From contig JAYTJE010000024.1 of assembly GCA_043731355.1 (NCBI GenBank), forward strand, positions 421 through 64,420: a DNA stretch of 64,000 bases, given 5' to 3'. Of this stretch, positions 51,004 through 59,457 are shown piece after piece. The notes below the pieces were generated by a model. The model was given only the letters and a program-made list of their open reading frames with translations. It was not told the origin of the DNA and ran no database searches. How positions within the stretch are numbered: the first letter of the stretch is position 1; the number at the start of each line of letters is the position of its first letter. Position numbers and translations under genes: made by a program. This DNA comes from Nitrospirota bacterium (GTDB taxonomy: Bacteria > Nitrospirota > UBA9217).

Positions 51004-52137
51004 TTACCGGCACTCGTTTATATATTGCTGGATGTAGTCCCTGTCTTCGGCAGCAGGGCGAAGAGACAGATAAACCTCGAAATTCTTTTTTGCTTCCTCT
51101 TTTGATCCTTTTTTCAATGCCATCAGTCCCAGGGACCGATACGGTTCGGGATAGTTTCGGCGGAGAGAAATCGCTTTTTGATAGCTCGTCGCGGCCTCAC
51201 GCTCCGCATCCGGCTGTCCGTTTTCACGGATGCTCTCGCCAAGCAGGAAGTATGCCCGCGCATCGTCCGGGTTCCATCTCATATATTTTTTAACACTGCG
51301 TTCTGCAACCTCAGAGCGCCCCAACTTCAAGTCAAGCACGGCATTGTCGAGCAGCAAAGGCGTTATCCGGCGCTGAAACTCCTCACTGTTCGTGATGCCG
51401 TGCTTGCCCTGGTATTCTCCGGCAATAAGCTCCTCATAGATCTTGATCCGGTCATCTATCCTGGGGTGTGTACTTGGCCGCTTCTTTTTTTCCCTGTCGA
51501 TAGCCTCTTTCAGGAACTCATGCGATTTTGCAGCTTCGCGCGGATCATACCCGGCCCGGACGGCCCGGGCGAGGCCTTCCCGGTCCGCGTCCATCTCGAA
51601 CTCCCGTGAATATCCATTCACCGAGACTTCTATAGCGATCTGTCCCAGAGACTCGCCGAAGCTTCCGAGCCAGGAATTTAACGTGACCTTGGATTCGCTG
51701 CGTATTTTCTGTTTTGTAAATTTTTGGGCGACATGGCGCTTGTATACATGGGCCATCTCATGCCCCAGCACTGCTGCAAGTTGCGCTTCGTTCTCCAAGG
51801 CGGCCAGCATCGCGGTATGGACATAGATCCTTCCGGTTGGATAGGCAAAAGCGTTTACGATCGGGTTTTTGATCACTTTCACGGTAATCGTTGGCCCTGT
51901 CTTCGAATTCCCATCGATTTTCCGCGCAACAGCATTCACGTAGTTCTCAAGCTCCTTATCCTCGTAGAGAAAACCGCTCCGGTCGAGCTTATTGATCTCC
52001 TCCTCTGACCGGTTCCAGAGCCTCCGTTCAATGTTCTCGTCAAGTCCCTCGGACCGCGTAACCGGCTGCGGTGGGTGTGCGCATGCGCCAATCAGTGCAA
52101 CGCCCATCAGCACCAGAAGCATTATTTCCCGTTTCAT
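51004..52137 (-). CDS. M48-family zinc metalloprotease with C-terminal TPR repeats (BepA/LoiP-like), lipoprotein
   Basis: HEMAH zinc motif; lipobox LIGACA; start set at MKREIM, giving an ATGA overlap with the upstream gene. Confidence 0.75.
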   Translation of the reverse strand: MKREIMLLVLMGVALIGACAHPPQPVTRSEGLDENIERRLWNRSEEEINKLDRSGFLYEDKELENYVNAVARKIDGNSKTGPTITVKVIKNPIVNAFAYPTGRIYVHTAMLAALENEAQLAAVLGHEMAHVYKRHVAQKFTKQKIRSESKVTLNSWLGSFGESLGQIAIEVSVNGYSREFEMDADREGLARAVRAGYDPREAAKSHEFLKEAIDREKKKRPSTHPRIDDRIKIYEELIAGEYQGKHGITNSEEFQRRITPLLLDNAVLDLKLGRSEVAERSVKKYMRWNPDDARAYFLLGESIRENGQPDAEREAATSYQKAISLRRNYPEPYRSLGLMALKKGSKEEAKKNFEVYLSLRPAAEDRDYIQQYINECR

Positions 52138-52880
52138 TTCTGCTCCGCGAGCCACATATGCCCCAGCATTCTCTTCGTGACCTCGCTGACCTTTACCTCG
52201 TCCCGCAAATCGTAGGCCCGGTTGCTCGATGCTCCAGTATACCAGAGCACGCTGCCGTTCCGGTCGACCAAAGCCATGCTCACATACGTTCCCGGCCCGC
52301 CAAGCGAAGAGATGCTGACCCGGGTCGCTACCCGTACAAAAGCAGTAAGGGCCTTGCTGCGCTTGCGCGCTTTTGTGCGCGCTGCCGTTTCCATCTCGTT
52401 TACGCCGAACACCACGAGCAGCGCATCGATTTTGTGCTTGTTGAAAATAGGATCCAGGGGACCCAGGGAAAAATCCTTGCAAATCCGCACATCTTCGCAT
52501 ATCGAAAGGTTTCGGTAGGTTTTGTTCCACTTCATGCTTTCGGTAATCGCCCTGAACAGGTAGGAGATCTCTTCATCATCGGATGACGCTTCGAGCGCAA
52601 TGGGTTTTACCTTTAATCCTTTGCCTTGTAGTTCCTTTTTCAACACCGCAGAAAAGTTCTGAGTGGCGGCTTCCACCCATTCGTCCATAAGTTCACGCAC
52701 GCCGCCGGCGGATAATTCATAGATCATCATATCCGGATCAAGCATACCGATTGTTTTGATCGATCTTATCTGATTGTCGAAATCCATGCGTGACTGCTCC
52801 CGAAGGGAAGGCCCGCAGGCACTAATGCCCAACACAATGCAGATTATCCCGAGGACAGCTGCGGCTTTTGTCATGTTCAT
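52134..52880 (-). CDS. Hypothetical lipoprotein co-transcribed with the M48 protease
   Basis: Lipobox LGISACG. Confidence 0.45.
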   Translation of the reverse strand: MNMTKAAAVLGIICIVLGISACGPSLREQSRMDFDNQIRSIKTIGMLDPDMMIYELSAGGVRELMDEWVEAATQNFSAVLKKELQGKGLKVKPIALEASSDDEEISYLFRAITESMKWNKTYRNLSICEDVRICKDFSLGPLDPIFNKHKIDALLVVFGVNEMETAARTKARKRSKALTAFVRVATRVSISSLGGPGTYVSMALVDRNGSVLWYTGASSNRAYDLRDEVKVSEVTKRMLGHMWLAEQK

Positions 52881-53086
52881 GGATTAACCTCTCCTGAATG
52901 CGATTTGCTGCTGGCGGCAATCGTCAACAAGGCTGTCAATAACCGGGGATTGTTTAGCACCACGACCCACGCATCGCTGTCATGGTATAAAAATACTATA
53001 CCCCGGCGGAAAAGGCAAGGCGATTTCCTTCCAGAACAGCTGCCAGGGCCGACCCCGGTCATGTTATACTGTCAGCAGGTGCGCCT

Positions 53087-53536
53087 ATGCTCGAAGGTTC
53101 TTTACTCATACGCTGCAGGTCCTGCAGAACGCTCAATCGCGTACCCCTCGACAAACTCGGAAGCCGTCCCGTCTGCGGACAGTGCAAAACGCCGCTCGAA
53201 GTTCCGCATAGTCCCCTGAACGTCACCGCGGCCGCCTATGACCGCGAAGTGAACGACTGGCCCGAATTCGTCCTGGTGGAGTTCTGGGCCAAATGGTGCG
53301 GGTATTGCCGCATGGTTGAACCGGTGGTGAACGACCTGGCCGCAGGCCGGGCCGGACAACTGAAGGTCCTGAAAGCGGATGTGGATGCCGAACCAAACCT
53401 TGCGCAGCGCTTTACGGTCAAAGCAACGCCGACGTTCATGCTCTACCGGAACGGAAGGCTGCTGGGACGGATGGACGGCGCGCCAAAGGAAAAGATCGAG
53501 CTTGTGCTGTGGCTCGAGCGATTCATGAAGACCTGA
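53087..53536 (+). CDS. Thioredoxin with N-terminal zinc-finger extension (Trx2-like); active site WCGYC
   Basis: CxxC...CxxC N-terminal pairs plus thioredoxin fold with a CGYC redox motif. Confidence 0.8.
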   Translation: MLEGSLLIRCRSCRTLNRVPLDKLGSRPVCGQCKTPLEVPHSPLNVTAAAYDREVNDWPEFVLVEFWAKWCGYCRMVEPVVNDLAAGRAGQLKVLKADVDAEPNLAQRFTVKATPTFMLYRNGRLLGRMDGAPKEKIELVLWLERFMKT

Positions 53537-53605
53537 TTTCCCGCAACCTGTTTTTTAATCCGCGTCCATCCGCGAAATCCGCGGACAAGAAGGTTTTTCT
53601 CCGGT

Positions 53606-54286
53606 TCACCCCGCCATGGACATCCTGAGCATCCCCAGCGGATTCGGTGCGGCTCGCGTGTAACCCTTTTCCTGCACCACCAGATCGAGCGGCAGGCTCA
53701 TGAGGTCGGCAACGTCCGGGGTTGCGTTCCGAAGCAGTGCGGCATCAATGGTCTTGACGTAGGAACGGCAATGGTCGCAGGTCGTGATCGTAAACCCTTC
53801 TTCACCGTCGAAGGTGAGGCGCTTATGCTTGCGGTCATCGTTGTTGAGGCAGACCGGGCATCCTGCCGAGACTGGCGTCCCCGTTGTTTCACAGTAAGAA
53901 CAATGAGGCAGCGGGAAACCTTCTTTGCCACTCGACAGGAGCGCCGGTCGGCCGCTGCAAACCGGGCATCTTCCCTGTTCCCATACCTGCCCTTCCCTGG
54001 GGAGCGCTTCACGGAGCAGCGAGAAATAAGGCCTGCTCAGAAGAAACAGCAGCATGGCAAGATCGTCCTCGTCATAGGGCAGCGAAAAAGCGGGCACTTC
54101 GCGGAACGGGAGACGGGTAAGGTCGATATCTCCCACCTCCATGGCCCGTTTGAGCGGCGCCAGCATGTCCAGCGGCGCCTCCGTGAGGACGGAAAAATGC
54201 TGGAACACCGAATCGATGACCGAACGCGGGTACGCTCTCACCTCACCGGGAGAAAACGCCTGTTCCGTTGAAAGCAGTTCCCGCAC
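53606..54286 (-). CDS. FdhE-like protein (formate dehydrogenase accessory family; four CxxC pairs)
   Basis: CPVC, CSYC, CPVC, CDHC motifs in FdhE-like spacing. Confidence 0.55.
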   Translation of the reverse strand: MRELLSTEQAFSPGEVRAYPRSVIDSVFQHFSVLTEAPLDMLAPLKRAMEVGDIDLTRLPFREVPAFSLPYDEDDLAMLLFLLSRPYFSLLREALPREGQVWEQGRCPVCSGRPALLSSGKEGFPLPHCSYCETTGTPVSAGCPVCLNNDDRKHKRLTFDGEEGFTITTCDHCRSYVKTIDAALLRNATPDVADLMSLPLDLVVQEKGYTRAAPNPLGMLRMSMAG

Positions 54287-54385
54287 CGCCCTGTTGAACG
54301 TCGCAGTCCGTTCATAGAACCGGAACAGGTCCGTGAGATGGGGTTTTGTTGCGATGAATTCATCGGTATTCGTAGCTTTTCCCTG

Positions 54386-55471
54386 CTACGGCAGTTTCGG
54401 ATATTGCAGAACGATATCCTCGCCTGACAGCGCTTCAACTAAGAACGTTTTAAGAGAAGCCTTTTCCGCCGCGCTCAGACCGAGCGGCTTGAGCGCCTCG
54501 TTCCCCTTGCCGCCTCCCTTATCGAAAAATTCGATCACTTCCTCAAGCGTCATAAAGATGCCGTTGTGCATGTAAGGTCCGGTCTTCGCTATCTCCCGGA
54601 GCGTCGGCGTCTTAAAGGCTTTCCAGTCTTTTTTATCTTTCGTGATGAGGTATCTGCCGAGGTCCTCGTTCAAGGTGCGATAGTCGTCGAAGTGGTTCAG
54701 CTTTGCCACGAAACGCCGGGTTGCCGTGATCCGGGCGTCGGTCAGGTGTTCGGGATTTTCGGGAACGTTCAACGCGTGGAACCGATCATCGGAAAGCATG
54801 ACCCCGCCGTGGCACTCGCCGCACTTTCCCTTTACCATGAAGACCACGAGCCCCTTTTTTGCATCATCGGACAACACTCCTGTATTGCCCTGGAGATGCC
54901 GGTCAAGAGGAGCGTTCTTCGATATCAGCGTCCGCTCGAACGCGGATAGCGCCATCCCGATGCGCTCCCGGGTGACCTCGCCGCCAAAGACCGTTTGGAA
55001 GGATAGAGAATATTCGGGGACCGCCCTGATCACCTCCTCAAGGTAATCGAGGTTCCGGTTCATCTCGAAAGCAGACATCATGGGGAAAAGCGCCTGGTCC
55101 TCCAGCGTCTGGGACCGGCCGTCATGGAACAGGAACTTCTGAAAGCCGACGTTGATGAGCGTCGGCGCATTGCGCCAGTTCCGCGTTGTGGGGTAGTTCA
55201 ACGAGATTTCAAGACCATCGGAAAATCCTTTATCCGGCTCATGGCAGGTGGCGCAGTTCATGGTGCCGTCCCCCGAAAGCCTCCGGTCGAAGAACAGTTT
55301 TTTCCCGAGCTCGATCTTTTCCGCTGTCTGGGGGTTCTGCTCCGGCACGGGAACGGAGGTGATGGGGAGAAGGTTGCCGGCAATTGCCGTACCTGTCAGG
55401 AGCAGCGCCAATGCGATCAATACAAACGTGCGTATAAACATGATTGACCTCCGCTTATATTGGGGAGACAA
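54386..55471 (-). CDS. Di-haem cytochrome c peroxidase (CCP/MauG family)
   Basis: Two CxxCH haem motifs (CATCH, CGECH), signal peptide. Confidence 0.85.
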   Translation of the reverse strand: MSPQYKRRSIMFIRTFVLIALALLLTGTAIAGNLLPITSVPVPEQNPQTAEKIELGKKLFFDRRLSGDGTMNCATCHEPDKGFSDGLEISLNYPTTRNWRNAPTLINVGFQKFLFHDGRSQTLEDQALFPMMSAFEMNRNLDYLEEVIRAVPEYSLSFQTVFGGEVTRERIGMALSAFERTLISKNAPLDRHLQGNTGVLSDDAKKGLVVFMVKGKCGECHGGVMLSDDRFHALNVPENPEHLTDARITATRRFVAKLNHFDDYRTLNEDLGRYLITKDKKDWKAFKTPTLREIAKTGPYMHNGIFMTLEEVIEFFDKGGGKGNEALKPLGLSAAEKASLKTFLVEALSGEDIVLQYPKLP

Positions 55472-55568
55472 TTAATTCGTCTTGAACTTCCTGGGCCCCG
55501 TACACTCCACAAGCTTGTCCAGGTTCTGAAGCGTAAGACACTTAGTGACGTTGTTTCTATATATGCTT

Positions 55569-55577
55569 CCCCCCCCC
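55569..55577. repeat. Homopolymeric C9 (G9 on the minus strand) tract ~100 bp upstream of the peroxidase start
   Basis: Counted directly. Confidence 0.8.
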
Positions 55578-55580
55578 GGA

Positions 55581-55991
55581 CTACCCGATCCACACCACGT
55601 TCACCAGGTGTTCCACCTTCCTAAACTCGGGGTCCCCGGTCACAATACTTGCCTTCTGTTCCATTGCCGCCGCGAGCGCGAAACAATCCGCGTAAGAGAT
55701 GCTGTGCTCGGCCTTGTATTCCGCTGCCTGGAATACGAGGCTGTTCGGCACGGGAAGCACGGTGAAACCCAGGCGCTCGATATGAGCAAGGATCTCAACC
55801 TTCTTCCGGTCGCCGAAGACCCGCCTGGTGATGTAGATGATCTCGCCGAGGTTAATGGCGCAGATGAGCTTTTTCGCCCGAGTGCGGTGCGCGTGCTCAA
55901 GCAGGCGCGCGACCTGCTCGTGTCCTGGTTCCTTTTGGAAAAACTTCAGGAGCGCGTGGCTGTCGAACAGCAGCGGGCCCCTCGGGGTCAC
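55581..55991 (-). CDS. vapC: PIN-domain toxin
   Basis: PIN fold acidic residues; 4-nt overlap with the upstream AbrB-type antitoxin. Confidence 0.75.
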   Translation of the reverse strand: MTPRGPLLFDSHALLKFFQKEPGHEQVARLLEHAHRTRAKKLICAINLGEIIYITRRVFGDRKKVEILAHIERLGFTVLPVPNSLVFQAAEYKAEHSISYADCFALAAAMEQKASIVTGDPEFRKVEHLVNVVWIG

Positions 55992-56215
55992 TTGTAGTCG
56001 CTCCTGCGCTCCCGGAGCAGCTGCCCGGCAAGTGATGGGCGCGACGGCAGAGACCCCTGGGCCGCCTTGATGGGGTCCTCTACCGGCGGAACCAGGTAGA
56101 TGATCCCGCTATACTCCATGATCTGAAGTTCCGTGCCGGGCTCGATGTGGTACTTTTTTCGCAGTCCGGCGGGAATCACAATCTGGCCCTTGGCAAGCGT
56201 TTTGACGAAAGACAT
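55988..56215 (-). CDS. vapB: AbrB/SpoVT-family antitoxin
   Basis: IPAGLRKKYHIEPG swapped-hairpin motif. Confidence 0.7.
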   Translation of the reverse strand: MSFVKTLAKGQIVIPAGLRKKYHIEPGTELQIMEYSGIIYLVPPVEDPIKAAQGSLPSRPSLAGQLLRERRSDYK

Positions 56216-56343
56216 GGCAGGTTGACCTCATTTTAGAGTATGTATGTTTAACAAATTTCCAATATTGTATAACCAGTTCCCGCTATTGTCAACAGAGTTT
56301 CACGAAGTCCCGAAGGGGAAGTTGAATCAGCACGTGCTGGCCG

Positions 56344-56371
56344 ATTATAGTACATGGTCTGTAATTGTCAA
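56344..56371 (-). promoter_or_regulatory. Consensus sigma70-type promoter (minus strand TTGACA-16 nt-TATAAT) upstream of vapBC
   Basis: Both hexamers perfect, 16-nt spacer. Confidence 0.4.
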
Positions 56372-56451
56372 GGTTTTCGACGGGTTTTGCACGGGTTTTG
56401 GGGTTATCGACAGGACTTTCTTCGATGGATCAGCGAATGCGCACTCAGAAA

Positions 56452-57039
56452 TCAGCGCGAAGTGCGCAGTTCTTCATCGATAATCTTCTTGAAATATTCA
56501 AACGGCCGCTCGCCCACGACCCTGCGGCCGTTGATGAAAAACGTCGGGGTATTGTAGAGGTCCATGTCCAAGGCGAGCTTTTTGTCCCGTTCGATCTCCG
56601 CCGCATGTTTCTTTTCGTCAAGGGATGTTGTGAATTTTTTCAGGTCGAGCCCCAGTTCCTGCGCATACCTGATGAGGCCGGCCCGGTCGAGCACCGGGGA
56701 GCGTTTAAACAAGAGGTCATGCATTTCCCAGTATTTTCCCTGGTCCCTGGCGGCAAGCGAGGCTTCGGCGGCGATATGGGAATAATCGCGGTAGATATAG
56801 GGATAGTTTTTGATAACGAGCCTGATCTTTCCCTGATAGGTCTCCATGATCTTTTTGACGGTCGGACCGGCCGCCTTGCAGTGCGGTCATTGGAAATCGA
56901 TGAATTCGACGATCGTCACCAACGCGTTCATGGGACCGGTTGAGGGAGAATCGCCGAGCGGTACGGAAAAGCGTTTCTCCTCGGCAACGGCGGATATTGC
57001 AATAAGGACACCGACGATGATAAGAGCAAGCTTTTTCAT
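56452..57039 (-). CDS. DsbA-family thiol-disulfide oxidoreductase with an in-frame TGA at the first active-site position (FQ-U-PHC): candidate selenoprotein, alternatively a pseudogene
   Basis: Track ORFs 56887-57123 and 56452-56847 are in the same frame and separated by a single TGA exactly where the DsbA CPHC cysteine belongs; signal peptide MKKLALIIVGVLIAISAVA. Confidence 0.55.
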
Positions 57040-57133
57040 GGAATAAGTCTCCTTTCCATTGACCTTAAAAAACGGCGGTAGGACGCGGATGTACGCTGAT
57101 TTTCGCGGATAAGACCAAACCATTCACGTGAAA

Positions 57134-57232
57134 AGGACTTTTACCACGAAGTGCGCGAAGTTAAAATCAATACTTTGATTTTGTCTTTTTCATTTTTTCG
57201 TGAGCTTCGCGCTCTTCGCGGTGAAAAGGCTT
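57134..57232. repeat. ~98-bp palindromic MITE/REP-like element, copy 2 (TTTTACCACGAAGTGCGCGAAG...CTTCGCGCTCTTCGCGGTGAAAAG)
   Basis: Shares TIR and CRCGAAG 9-mer arms with the copy at 31114-31211. Confidence 0.65.
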
Positions 57233-57245
57233 TGCGGTGGCTCAA

Positions 57246-57482
57246 CTACTCATCGATCCGGTACCCGAGCTTCTCGATGCTGTCTTTGGTGATCTTCGTC
57301 AGTTCTTTTTCATCCAGCGCGGTCTCGTCGAACCGGACCGCTATCTTCCCCTGCTCTACGTCGACGGACTCCACTCCATCCATACCGCCGACAAATCGCC
57401 GCAGCGCCAGAGAGCACTCTTCGCAGAGATTATTCCTTACGCTAAACAGCGCAACTTTCATGGATTTCGTCTCCTCCTTCAC
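57246..57482 (-). CDS. Heavy-metal-associated (HMA) domain protein, CopZ-like, with atypical LCEEC motif
   Basis: Beta-alpha-beta-beta-alpha-beta-sized ORF with a CxxC at the canonical position. Confidence 0.55.
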   Translation of the reverse strand: MKEETKSMKVALFSVRNNLCEECSLALRRFVGGMDGVESVDVEQGKIAVRFDETALDEKELTKITKDSIEKLGYRIDE

Positions 57483-57512
57483 CGGTCATATCAGGCAACA
57501 ATTGCCTGCGCG

Positions 57513-58721
57513 TCATTTATTGTCCTCGTCCACGGCTTTTTTCAGCATGTCGAGGATTCCCGGGATGGCCGAGGTCACCCGGTTCCAGTTCGGGATAAGC
57601 GGGGCGACCATGAGATTTTCCATGAACGCTTTCGATGCCTGGCTGATGGCCCGGGTAAAGGCTTCAACCGCCTTCGCCTCTTCGTGCCGGTCGAACTCCA
57701 GACCGTTGATCGCGGCATCGGCCTCGTACTTCATGATCGTGTCCTCGGCCTGCCTCAGGTAGGCGACGGACAGGGACTTGAAAAATCCGTCTGAGAACAC
57801 GACCCCCTCGGAGGCGAGCGTCCTGAAAATGGACTTGCAGATGTCCACGGTCATCTTCATCAGGCCTTTTTCCGCGTCATCGGGCGAAAGCGCCTGATGC
57901 TTATGTTCGTACGTCTCGGCGATGTCCACCTGACACACCCGCCGCGGCGAGTAGTTGCGGTATACTTCGGCCAGCGAACCGACCTCCAGGCCCCAGTCCC
58001 AAGGTATGCGGTTGACCCTCGCGAGGTCGATGTTCATGGCAAACTCGCCGGCCAGCGGATAGCGAAAACTGTCGATGAATCTGAGGAACCGGTGCTCCCC
58101 TCCCAGGTTCTGGAGAGACCGCACGAGCGGGGTCACAAGAAGACGCGTGACGCGGCCGTACATCTTGTTCGTGACCCTGCTGTAATAGCCCTTGCAAAAA
58201 ACATAGTCCAGGTTCGGATTGGCCACGGGATAGCACAACCGCGCAAGAAGCGCCCTGCTGTAGTTCACGATATCACAGTCATGGAGCGCGATGACGTCGC
58301 AGGCCCCGCTCGCGAGCACATACCCGTAGGCCAGCCAGGCGGACCGCCCTTTGCCCCGCTCACCGACATCGAGTCCGTTCCGTTTGAGCGTATCGTAGAT
58401 TTCCATGATGCGCTTGCCGTCATTATGGATGATCCTGACGTTGCCCGGGATCGGGGCCATAAACTCCCTGGCACGCTGAAACTCCTTGTCCGAGGCCTTG
58501 TCCAGCACCAGCACGAGCTCGCGCAGGTATCTCACCTTCGACAGTTCCTGCACGATCCCCGGCATGGCCGGTCCCTCGAACTCGGAGTAGAGCGCGGGAA
58601 GGACGAGCGCGACCGGACGGGTCTTGGAGAACTGGAGCAGCTCCCCTTCGAGCCGCTCGAGCGAAGGCTTGCCGAGCTGGTGGAGCGTCGTAATGATCCC
58701 GGTCTGATAAAAATCGGACAT
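57513..58721 (-). CDS. Glycosyltransferase of the mannosyl-/glucosyl-3-phosphoglycerate synthase type (GT55-like)
   Basis: ~400 aa; DCD motif; clustered with MPG phosphatase and glycerate kinase. Confidence 0.5.
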   Translation of the reverse strand: MSDFYQTGIITTLHQLGKPSLERLEGELLQFSKTRPVALVLPALYSEFEGPAMPGIVQELSKVRYLRELVLVLDKASDKEFQRAREFMAPIPGNVRIIHNDGKRIMEIYDTLKRNGLDVGERGKGRSAWLAYGYVLASGACDVIALHDCDIVNYSRALLARLCYPVANPNLDYVFCKGYYSRVTNKMYGRVTRLLVTPLVRSLQNLGGEHRFLRFIDSFRYPLAGEFAMNIDLARVNRIPWDWGLEVGSLAEVYRNYSPRRVCQVDIAETYEHKHQALSPDDAEKGLMKMTVDICKSIFRTLASEGVVFSDGFFKSLSVAYLRQAEDTIMKYEADAAINGLEFDRHEEAKAVEAFTRAISQASKAFMENLMVAPLIPNWNRVTSAIPGILDMLKKAVDEDNK

Positions 58722-58735
58722 GGGCCTTCCTCCCG

Positions 58736-59440
58736 TCAGATGTGTTCGATATCGTCCTTCGCCCCCTTCGCGCTTTTTTCCACGCTTTCCCGTTCTATCA
58801 TCCGCCTCGCCGCGTCAATACCGCCCACGCCGAACGCTATGGCGAGGGCCGCGACGATGCCGCCGAAGATGATCGAGAAGGCGGCGAGCACGATGCCGGG
58901 CGCGACCTGGAGCTGTTCCAGGACCATGGCAAGCACCAGGACGGTCAGGAGGAGGCGTATGGCCTCCGCAAGCATCCTGGCATAGTGAAATCCGTTGTTC
59001 ACGGCCGCGATCAGCGCGGCCCGGCTGACAAATCCGGCGAGAACATAACCGATGACCAGGATCAGGACCGCGGAAAAGGCCCGGGGAAGATACTGGAAGA
59101 ACTGGGCAACGAGCTGATCGACGACCGTGATCTTGAGCGCGTTCAGGCCGCCCATCAGCACGACAATGATCAACAGCCAGAAAACGATAGCGCCAAGCGC
59201 GAGCGAAGGCCTCGCCCAGAGATCCCCCTTGCGAAGCAGCGCGGTCACCCCCATTCTGTCGGACCAGCTGTCAAACTTGACCGCCGCCAGGAACCTCACA
59301 AAAACGAGCCTGACGACCCTGGCCAGCAGTATCCCGAGGAGCAGAATGACCAGCATGGCCAGCAGGTTGGGCAGGAAGCTCTTTATCATGAGAAACACTT
59401 CCTGCAATGGTTCGAGTATCAGATTAAAGAAATCCGTCAT
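58736..59440 (-). CDS. Polytopic membrane protein with tandem conserved-TM-helix repeats (MscS N-terminal-like)
   Basis: Repeated TM/amphipathic units; no catalytic motifs. Confidence 0.4.
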   Translation of the reverse strand: MTDFFNLILEPLQEVFLMIKSFLPNLLAMLVILLLGILLARVVRLVFVRFLAAVKFDSWSDRMGVTALLRKGDLWARPSLALGAIVFWLLIIVVLMGGLNALKITVVDQLVAQFFQYLPRAFSAVLILVIGYVLAGFVSRAALIAAVNNGFHYARMLAEAIRLLLTVLVLAMVLEQLQVAPGIVLAAFSIIFGGIVAALAIAFGVGGIDAARRMIERESVEKSAKGAKDDIEHI

Positions 59441-59457
59441 GGCGCGCCTCCCGAAAG

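Noticed and set aside
53557-53600. Rho-independent terminator between trx and the fdhE-like gene
   Set aside because: Only a 5-bp CCGCG/CGCGG stem with the T-run displaced by ~9 nt. It is better described as part of the ATCCGCG heptad array.
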